Of a DNA stretch of 24,000 nt, positions 15,817-24,000 are shown piece after piece. The notes below the pieces were generated by a model that saw nothing but the letters and a program-made list of their open reading frames with translations, did not search any database and was not told the origin of the DNA. The position numbers were made by a program, and so were the translations under genes. Each line of letters opens with the position of its first letter. The stretch's first letter is position 1. Source of the DNA: Bacteroidota bacterium (GTDB lineage: Bacteria > Bacteroidota > Bacteroidia > Chitinophagales > Chitinophagaceae); assembly GCA_005883765.1 (NCBI GenBank), contig VBAQ01000155.1, positions 2,512 to 26,511 on the forward strand. The letters run 5' to 3'.

Positions 15817-16866
15817 CTACTCCTTCTTCCTCTCCAAAGTAAAACCAATTGTCGTCCCTACATGCTCAGTACTTCGCACATGAATAGACTGTCCATGTGC
15901 TTCAATAATATGTTTGCAAATGGCTAAACCTAAACCCGAGCCTGTGATATCCAGGCTGCGTCCTTCCTCCGTTCTGTAAAATCGTTCAAATATTCTTGAC
16001 AAATGCCTTTCAGCCATCCCAATTCCGTCATCACTGATCTCAACCAAAACATGTTTCTCATCGGTAATATACATGCTGGCTGTAATATTGCCTCCAAACT
16101 TGCCATACTTAATCGAGTTTTCAACGAGATTCAGAATCACCTGCCTGATCTTTTCCTTATCGGCAAAAACTGTCAGCGGGGATTCGCAACCTTTTTTAAT
16201 GCTGCAACGAATATTCTTTTGCTCCGCTTTTATTGAAAGGCTTTCAAAAACTTCTTTGACCAAATCCTGGATAATAAAATTCTCTTTGTAGACGACCTGT
16301 TCGCCTCGCTCCAGCTTTGAAATTTCATCAAGATCATTCATAAGGTTTACCAGCCTGTCTATATTACGGGACGTTTTTTCTAAGAAAGGACGGTTGACTT
16401 CAGGATTTTCCAATGCACCTTGCAATAATGTATCTACATAGCCTTGTATGGCGAACACAGGGGTTTTGAACTCATGAGCCAGGTTTTGCAAAAATTCTTT
16501 CCGGAATTGCTCATTTCTTTTTAGTAACTCAATTTCTTCTACTTGTTTTTCCGCCCATTCTTCCACATCTTCTCTTACTTCATCAATACTTTTCTGTGGC
16601 AACAGGTATTGATAATATGTTTCTTCCTTTTTACTTGCTTTCGTCTGATAAATGAATTTATAGATGAGTTTGATCTTTCGATAAATAAAGCGCTCAAGAG
16701 TAAATGCGATCAGTGCATAGCTCCCAATAAAAATGATAATAAAGGATACCACGAGCACCTGCCAGCCCTCATGCAGAATATAAATTCCGATGCTGATGGG
16801 CACGGATAGCAGCAAAGCTGTAAACGCAGAAAGCTTGCGTGGAGAAATGTTCTTCGTGTTAAGCAT
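15817..16866 (-). CDS. Membrane sensor histidine kinase, PhoR-like
   Basis: The ORF track runs to 16968, but the first 34 codons translate a repeat and hairpin; ATG at 16864-16866 (MLNTKNISPRKLS) is the better start. Two N-terminal TM segments, H-box 'EFLQNLAHEFKTPVFAIQGY', N-box 'VILNLVENSIKYG', G boxes 'DDGIGM' and 'GSGLGLAICK'. Confidence 0.9.
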   Translation of the reverse strand: MLNTKNISPRKLSAFTALLLSVPISIGIYILHEGWQVLVVSFIIIFIGSYALIAFTLERFIYRKIKLIYKFIYQTKASKKEETYYQYLLPQKSIDEVREDVEEWAEKQVEEIELLKRNEQFRKEFLQNLAHEFKTPVFAIQGYVDTLLQGALENPEVNRPFLEKTSRNIDRLVNLMNDLDEISKLERGEQVVYKENFIIQDLVKEVFESLSIKAEQKNIRCSIKKGCESPLTVFADKEKIRQVILNLVENSIKYGKFGGNITASMYITDEKHVLVEISDDGIGMAERHLSRIFERFYRTEEGRSLDITGSGLGLAICKHIIEAHGQSIHVRSTEHVGTTIGFTLERKKE

Positions 16867-16877
16867 GAACCCCCAAA

Positions 16878-16918
16878 CCCCCTGAAGGGGGCTTTTGTAA
16901 ACTCCGATAAACGGAGTT
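16878..16918 (-). promoter_or_regulatory. Two short hairpins immediately 5' of the histidine kinase start
   Basis: CCCCC-TGAA-GGGGG (16878-16891) and AACTCCG-ATAAA-CGGAGTT (about 16900-16918), both palindromic, the first only about 12 nt from the proposed ATG. Confidence 0.4.
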
Positions 16919-16954
16919 GTTTTTAATAATGTTGATTGGTGAACTGGATGTTGA

Positions 16955-16988
16955 AGAGTGCGACGCAACGAAAGTTTAATAGTAATAC
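16955..16988 (+). repeat. Dispersed inverted repeat, copy 2 (AGAGTGCGACGCAACGAAAGTTTAATAGTAATAC)
   Basis: Opposite orientation to the copy at 15662-15693; the two bracket the kinase gene. Confidence 0.8.
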
Positions 16989-17085
16989 TATAGCTGGTTA
17001 CACAAACATCAACTTCAAAATTAAAGTAACTATAATTTTTTTAAAGTCTAATCGATTTGCGTCCCCCCTTTATGGGGACAGGGGG

Positions 17086-17763
17086 TCACAACTCAAATTT
17101 ATACCCCACGCCTTTCACCGTGGTAATGCAATCAACACCCAGTTTTTGCCGGATCTTTCGGATGTGAACATCTATGGTGCGATCGCCGACGATGACATCG
17201 TTGCCCCAAACCTGGCTGAGAATTTCATTGCGCAAAAAAACACGCCCCGGTCGTGAAGCAAGTAAATGAAGAAGCTCAAATTCTTTTTTTGCAAGGAGAA
17301 TATCCTTTCCCTCCAGTTGAACTATGAATTTCTCGGGATCGATAACGAGGCCATCCACTTCGACAATTTTACTTTCTTTTGTTGGCACTCTGCGGAAAAG
17401 AGCATTTACACGACTTATAAAGACCTTCGGACTGATGGGCTTGCTCACGTAATCATCAGCACCGGTTTCAAGACCTCGTATTTGAGTGCTCTCGTCGTTT
17501 AAAGCAGTTAAAAAAATAATGAGTGTGTTTCTGAATGCAGACTGGCTTCTCAATATTTCACAAACCTGAACACCACTTTTCTTCGGCATCATGATGTCCA
17601 ACACGACCAGATCAGGCTGAAAAATTTTAGCTTTCTCAATGGCTTCGTCACCGTCTTTGGCAGTTATGACCTGGTAGCCTTCATTGAGGAGATTGTATTT
17701 CAGAATTTCAAGAATATCGGGTTCATCATCGGCAATTAAAACCTTCCTTGCCTTCGCTTCCAT
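17086..17763 (-). CDS. OmpR/PhoB-family response regulator
   Basis: 225 aa. Receiver domain 'VLIADDEPDIL', 'DLVVLDIMMPKKSG', 'ADDYVSKPISP'; C-terminal winged helix 'KEFELLHLLASRPGRVFLRNEI...DRTIDVHIRKIRQKLG...TVKGVGYKF'. Confidence 0.93.
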   Translation of the reverse strand: MEAKARKVLIADDEPDILEILKYNLLNEGYQVITAKDGDEAIEKAKIFQPDLVVLDIMMPKKSGVQVCEILRSQSAFRNTLIIFLTALNDESTQIRGLETGADDYVSKPISPKVFISRVNALFRRVPTKESKIVEVDGLVIDPEKFIVQLEGKDILLAKKEFELLHLLASRPGRVFLRNEILSQVWGNDVIVGDRTIDVHIRKIRQKLGVDCITTVKGVGYKFEL

Positions 17764-18025
17764 GGTTGTTTTTTATTTGCGCAAACCTACATGAAGATTA
17801 TTTCTAAAGGAAATTGACAATTTTGCATAACACAGACTTAATAAAAACTTAACCTGTCCCTGCGAAGCTGGGTGGCTGACGCTCTTTTTTGGATCAGCTA
17901 AATTATATGAGGATCTTCTTCTTCGGTCATACCAATTGCATCGATTTGGCCTTTTGTCGCGTCAAATCATAATAAATAGTACTAATGCTCATTTAGAGAA
18001 CGAGGGCATTGTATTTGACAGAGGG

Positions 18026-20269
18026 ATGCTAACTTTGCGAACGATCCTTATGATTTCAACACCCAGATACCTTGTTCTTCTCGTTTACCTGCTTGCTTTT
18101 AAACCTTTAATGGCCCAGGCGGTTGACCCTGACCCTGTCAGGGACCTGAAGCCTCCAAAGAACCGTGAGCTATTTCATGATTTTGTAGATAAGCAACAAA
18201 AAGAGATCTTAAGATCAGATGGTAAGGCCGATAATGAATTCCGGCCTTCGTCGGACGAAGAAATAAATTTTATTCTAACAAAAGCAGTCACCACGAACGT
18301 TGATTGGGTTCAGTATCGTATAGAAAAAGATACCAGTTTAAACTCGCAGGCCAAGATAAAATATCTTCGAGGCCTCGAAAACGTTCTGAAATATTTCAAC
18401 AATAACTGGCGGCGGGGAAATGTTGGTACGGCTCAACTGCCTGCGATCATTGATGAATACGAAAATTGCATGAGGGCCGATATCGCGAATGCCAGTATCG
18501 AAACCATCATCGATCACCAGCCTTATGATGTGGGAATGAATCTTATTAGCGCTGGGATCTTTGATAAAAATGCAGGATACAGGAACTCTCAATATATTTT
18601 ACTAAAAAAATATTGTGCCAGGTATCCCGATCAAACTTTCTTAAAACTCAGAAGCAACACAGATGTTTCGTTTCTTGATAGTCTTATAAAGGTGGCTGGC
18701 TACCGCGACCCGGGCCAGTTGTACAACTATGCCGCTGCCAACGACAGACTGGGAGCCGCGATCCGTAGAATTGACGATCCTCTTATCAGTGCCGTTTCAA
18801 AAATGGCAACCAGCAACAGTGGGCGCTGGTATTTTCCTTTTTTGGATAACATCATGAAAGGCAAGATGAGCATCAGTGAGATTGACGCTGTGAAGGATGA
18901 TTCACTAAAATATTACCGGCTGCTGGTGAGGACACATCTTGATTATCTGGAAAGGGCACAGAATAAAGACACCGCCTACGGCTATAAAGAACTGGAAAAA
19001 CGGATTGAAACCAAGGCGAGAGACATTTTTGTAAACACGATCAATGCCCTGCATGAGGTGGATAATCTCGCGGTACGATTTAAGATCATTCAGCCTTTAA
19101 CCGCCGAGGAACTCTACTACCTTGCCGTAACAACAGATGGCATCATATACACTTCCAGTTTCGTAAAAGGTGTTTATCCATTGATGATGACAAGGGCCAA
19201 TCAGCATGGTGATTCATTACTAATGAATGTAAAGTTTGACAGGTACCGCAAGTTCATCAAAATGTGTGCGGGCTATAATACGCTGAGCAATTTTCTGAAC
19301 ACTTTTCAGGCGAAGAAAAATAATGACACGGAAAGCGACGCGGAAAAGCTGATGAGAGCATTTGTCGGAAAGCTTGAAGAATCGGGCGGCCTTGAGGATG
19401 GCGTGGATGTGGCAGATTCTTATGCAAGTATTGCTGAAACAATCAAGCCTCTGGCAGAGAAGATGCTTTTGAATGTAAAAGCAAATTACGAAAGGAACCT
19501 TACGAGCAACAATAAACGGGGCGTGGTCATGTACAATTTGTTGTACAAGCTTTTTTTATCGGCCGACACGAATAATCATATCGATCTTTCAAAGGAATTT
19601 GGAATACCTCCTGTGTACAATGTTCCTTTTAAAGCATTATCAAATGATACCGGTCGCGTAGTGATGCAGGTTTTTTTCTATGGGGATAAGGATGGAAAAA
19701 CAATTTTCCAGGGATTTAAGAGAATGTTTGATCCCAGGCTCTGGAGGATAACCAGCACCCAAAATTGGATCGCGATAAATTCCACGAAAGGCAGACCCGT
19801 TTCTATTTACGCAAACTTGCCTTTACCCGAGGAAGATGACCAGGATAAAAATGCGCAGGATGCATTAGACACGTTTTTATTACGAAACAATCTTTACCCA
19901 ACTGTAGTGATACACAGAGGTCATAGCTATAATGCTCCGTACACGATTGCACAGATTCTTCCCTCGGCAAAAATTGTTTTTATGGGTTCATGTGGCGGCT
20001 ATTATTTGATCCATGACATATTAAAACACTCGCCCGATGCACACATCATCACTTCCAAGCAAATTGGGAAGACGACGGTGAACCAGCCATTTTTCAATCT
20101 GTTAATGGAAAAAGTACGAACCGGGAATAATATTGACTGGATTCCTTTTTGGGAAGAATTGGAGAAAAAAGTGAAAGTAGAAGGGTTTGAGGATTATATA
20201 CCTCCATACAAAAACCTCGGCGCGATTTTCATCAAGGCCTATAAAAGAGCAATGGGGGATGAGGACTAG
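18026..20269 (+). CDS. Secreted protein of unknown function; possible clan-CD (caspase-like) fold at the C-terminus
   Basis: ORF from 17936 (777 aa); start is probably at 18026 (MLTLRTILM) or 18050 (MISTPRYLVLLVYLLAFKPLMAQA, a signal peptide). The C-terminus has 'PTVVIHRGHSYN...AKIVFMGSCGGYYLIHDILKHSPDAHIITSKQIG'. Confidence 0.7.
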   Translation: MLTLRTILMISTPRYLVLLVYLLAFKPLMAQAVDPDPVRDLKPPKNRELFHDFVDKQQKEILRSDGKADNEFRPSSDEEINFILTKAVTTNVDWVQYRIEKDTSLNSQAKIKYLRGLENVLKYFNNNWRRGNVGTAQLPAIIDEYENCMRADIANASIETIIDHQPYDVGMNLISAGIFDKNAGYRNSQYILLKKYCARYPDQTFLKLRSNTDVSFLDSLIKVAGYRDPGQLYNYAAANDRLGAAIRRIDDPLISAVSKMATSNSGRWYFPFLDNIMKGKMSISEIDAVKDDSLKYYRLLVRTHLDYLERAQNKDTAYGYKELEKRIETKARDIFVNTINALHEVDNLAVRFKIIQPLTAEELYYLAVTTDGIIYTSSFVKGVYPLMMTRANQHGDSLLMNVKFDRYRKFIKMCAGYNTLSNFLNTFQAKKNNDTESDAEKLMRAFVGKLEESGGLEDGVDVADSYASIAETIKPLAEKMLLNVKANYERNLTSNNKRGVVMYNLLYKLFLSADTNNHIDLSKEFGIPPVYNVPFKALSNDTGRVVMQVFFYGDKDGKTIFQGFKRMFDPRLWRITSTQNWIAINSTKGRPVSIYANLPLPEEDDQDKNAQDALDTFLLRNNLYPTVVIHRGHSYNAPYTIAQILPSAKIVFMGSCGGYYLIHDILKHSPDAHIITSKQIGKTTVNQPFFNLLMEKVRTGNNIDWIPFWEELEKKVKVEGFEDYIPPYKNLGAIFIKAYKRAMGDED

Positions 20270-20339
20270 TCGGGAGTCCGGAGTCAAAAGTCGGGAGTCG
20301 GGAGTCCGGAGTCAAAAGTCAAAGTCGGGAGTCGGGAGC
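20270..20339. repeat. Short degenerate tandem repeat (GGGAGTC / GGAGTCAAAAGTC units)
   Basis: cgggagtccggagtcaaaagtcgggagtcgggagtccggagtcaaaagtcaaagtcgggagtcgggagct, visible directly after the 777-aa ORF. Confidence 0.85.
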
Positions 20340-20434
20340 TAAGAGTTATGAGTGGTTTCTTTCAATTTTTGGCCTTTAGTAAATTTGTAGTTCCTATTAA
20401 CAGCAACCGGTCCCGAAGGGATGCCTTTGGCACA

Positions 20435-20486
20435 ACTAGTCCCGAAGGATGCCCTCCAGGAGTCCTTTGGACCTTCGGCATAACCA
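20435..20486 (+). repeat. Left copy of an imperfect inverted repeat flanking the ABC transporter
   Basis: ACTAGTCCCGAAGGATGCCCTCCAGGAGTCCTTTGGACCTTCGGCATAACCA; the reverse complement of 22291-22343 reads ACTAGTCCCGAAGGGATACTCCAACGGAGTCCTTTGAACCTTCGGCACAACCA. Confidence 0.85.
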
Positions 20487-20495
20487 ACAACCAGG

Positions 20496-22280
20496 ATGGC
20501 CAACCAGGCATTAAAAAAAATATTTGATTTTGAAAATCTGCGCAGAGTTTTTCATTTTGCCGCTCCTTATAAAAGAAGATTTTATATTTCTATCGGGCTG
20601 GCTGTCTTTCTTGCGATCATTACTCCTGTTCGTCCGTACCTGATAAAAATTACGGTAGATAAATTTATTGCCGATAAAATGCTTGACTGGATAATTTGGA
20701 TAACTGTGATCCAAATCGGTCTTTTGCTTATCGAGAGCGGTCTTCGATTCTATTTCTCTTATGTCACCGCGTGGCTGGGTCAAACGGTGGTGAGAGATAT
20801 GCGGGTAAAGGTTTATGAAAAGGTGGTCGATTTAAACCTCAGACAATTTGATCAAACCCCTATCGGCACTCTTACCACTAGAACCATCAACGATATTGAA
20901 GCCATTAATGATATTTTTTCAGACGGCCTTGTGCCCATCATAGCCGATTTTCTTTCTATCATTTCTATTTTAGGGTTTATGTTTTTTGTGGACTGGAGAC
21001 TGACATTGGTTTGCCTGGCGCCTTTTTCCATTTTGCTGATAGCTACTTATTATTTTAAAGAAAGCGTAAACAAATCGTTTATCAAAGTTCGGAATGCAGT
21101 GGCGCATCTTAATGCATTTGTGCAGGAGCACATAACAGGCATGCAGGTGGTGCAAGCATTCGCTGCAGAGGACCGTGAATTTGAAAAATTTAAAAAGATC
21201 AATAGGGATCATCGCAATGCAAACATCAACGCCATTTTTGCCTATTCAGTTTTTTTTCCCATTGTTGAAATTGTACTGGCCCTCTCGACGGGTTTGCTGG
21301 TGTGGTGGATCGCAGGGAGGGCGGGAATGTCACCCGCTGAAGCAAGACAGCTTGGCGGAAAGATGGTGATGTTTTACATGAGCCTCAATTTGCTTTTTCG
21401 TCCCCTGCGCGTAATTGCCGATAAATTCAACGTGCTGCAAATGGGAGTCATTGCGAGCGAACGAGTGTTCAAAGTGCTGGACAATGATGATTATTTGCCC
21501 GCGTCGCCGATAACGGCTTATCAGCCGGCCGTTGTAAGGGGGAAAATAGAATTTCGTAATGGTTCATTTGGATACAATCCAGATCAACATGTGCTTAAAG
21601 ATGTTTCATTCAGGGTTGATCCGGGTGAGACTGTCGCCATTGTTGGTCACACTGGCAGTGGAAAAACAACGATCATCAGTTTACTGAACCGGTTATACCA
21701 GATCCAAAAAGGGATCATCGCTGTCGATGATGTAAGAATTGAAGATTTTAATCTGGAGACTTTGCGAAAAGCCATTGGTGTGGTTTTGCAGGATGTATTT
21801 CTCTTCTCCGGATCAGTCTTTGATAATATCACTCTTCGCAATCCTGATATTCCAAAAGAAAAAGTTATTGAAGCGGCAAAGATGATCGATGTTCATGATT
21901 TTATTATGCGCCTGCCGGGCGATTACGATTATAATGTGATGGAGAGAGGTGCCACACTTTCATTGGGTCAGCGGCAATTGTTATCATTTATCAGGGCCAT
22001 TTTATATAACCCTGCGATTTTGATCCTGGATGAAGCCACTTCATCTGTTGACACAGAAAGTGAGATGCTGATCCAGAAGGCTATCGATAAATTAATTACG
22101 GCGAGAACATCCATCGTGATCGCACACAGACTTTCCACGATTCGCAAAGCTGACAAAATCATTGTGCTTGACAAAGGAGAGATCAAAGAAATGGGAACCC
22201 ACGAAGAACTGCTTTCATTAGAAGGGTATTATTATAAATTATACCAGCTTCAATTTGATAAAAAAATTAAAGTGGCGTAA
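20496..22280 (+). CDS. ABC transporter, fused permease/ATP-binding (MsbA/multidrug exporter-like)
   Basis: 594 aa. N-terminal TM domain, Walker A 'GHTGSGKTT', signature 'LSLGQRQLLSF', Walker B 'ILILDEATSSVD', H-loop 'VIAHRLST'. Confidence 0.93.
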   Translation: MANQALKKIFDFENLRRVFHFAAPYKRRFYISIGLAVFLAIITPVRPYLIKITVDKFIADKMLDWIIWITVIQIGLLLIESGLRFYFSYVTAWLGQTVVRDMRVKVYEKVVDLNLRQFDQTPIGTLTTRTINDIEAINDIFSDGLVPIIADFLSIISILGFMFFVDWRLTLVCLAPFSILLIATYYFKESVNKSFIKVRNAVAHLNAFVQEHITGMQVVQAFAAEDREFEKFKKINRDHRNANINAIFAYSVFFPIVEIVLALSTGLLVWWIAGRAGMSPAEARQLGGKMVMFYMSLNLLFRPLRVIADKFNVLQMGVIASERVFKVLDNDDYLPASPITAYQPAVVRGKIEFRNGSFGYNPDQHVLKDVSFRVDPGETVAIVGHTGSGKTTIISLLNRLYQIQKGIIAVDDVRIEDFNLETLRKAIGVVLQDVFLFSGSVFDNITLRNPDIPKEKVIEAAKMIDVHDFIMRLPGDYDYNVMERGATLSLGQRQLLSFIRAILYNPAILILDEATSSVDTESEMLIQKAIDKLITARTSIVIAHRLSTIRKADKIIVLDKGEIKEMGTHEELLSLEGYYYKLYQLQFDKKIKVA

Positions 22281-22290
22281 GGCTGATTGC

Positions 22291-22343
22291 TGGTTGTGCC
22301 GAAGGTTCAAAGGACTCCGTTGGAGTATCCCTTCGGGACTAGT
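22291..22343 (-). repeat. Right copy of the inverted repeat flanking the ABC transporter
   Basis: See 20435-20486; it begins about 10 nt after the ABC stop codon. Confidence 0.85.
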
Positions 22344-22512
22344 GACTAGTTGCTTGCCGCGAGTTCTTGGTCATTGGACCTTATGTAGTGCGTTATTGTA
22401 GCGCAAGTATTGCCGTAGAGTTTTCAACCAAATAACGAGCAACAAGCGACCAAAAACCAGTAACAGCAACCAGAAACCAGTAGCGGAAACAAGCAACTTT
22501 TCCCCTCAAACT

Positions 22513-22546
22513 TTTGCGGTTTTTCACCCTCCGCCCCCTATCTTTG
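22513..22546 (+). promoter_or_regulatory. Candidate Bacteroidota housekeeping promoter for the atp genes
   Basis: TTTG (22513-22516), 22 nt, then TATCTTTG (22539-22546), close to the known Bacteroidota -33 TTG / -7 TANNTTTG pattern; just 5' of the 22566 start. Confidence 0.5.
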
Positions 22547-22565
22547 CGGCAAATTTTAGAAGGGT

Positions 22566-23992
<1,427 letters not shown>

Positions 23993-24000
23993 GAGCGAAG

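Noticed and set aside
16866-16968. N-terminal 34 residues of the histidine kinase as given by the ORF track
   Set aside because: They translate a dispersed repeat and hairpins; the ATG at 16866 precedes a normal TM segment.

Overview
This is a Bacteroidota-like (probably Chitinophagaceae-related) chromosomal window. The organism guess is an inference from a T9SS sorting domain, gene content and codon/promoter style. Nearly all genes from about 17.8 kb down to 1 lie on the minus strand. Contents, left to right: (1) a neutral ceramidase-like protein cut off by the window edge, next to a GH30 glucosylceramidase-like enzyme; (2) a DegT/DnrJ-type aminotransferase, a PuuP-like amine/amino-acid permease and a HAD phosphatase; (3) a glycine-rich T9SS cargo protein; (4) an N-terminal remnant of a flavin monooxygenase; (5) a candidate gamma-glutamylated amine pathway: PuuD-type amidase fused to an aldehyde dehydrogenase, Fe-dependent alcohol dehydrogenase, PuuA/GlnA-like glutamine synthetase and EAT-type ethanolamine permease. 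This cluster is interrupted by an IS200-like Y1 transposase with matching inverted ends and by a 9-copy 68/69-bp two-hairpin tandem array. Next come (6) a PhoR/PhoB-like two-component pair, (7) a divergent secreted 777-aa orphan protein with a possible caspase-like His/Cys arrangement at its C-terminus, (8) an MsbA-like ABC exporter bracketed by long imperfect inverted repeats, and (9) the start of the ATP synthase operon (atpB, atpE). The most interesting items are the predicted gamma-glutamyl-ethanolamide route with its enzyme fusion, the tandem array with 137-bp higher-order structure, the inverted repeats around single genes, and the orphan putative clan-CD-like protein.
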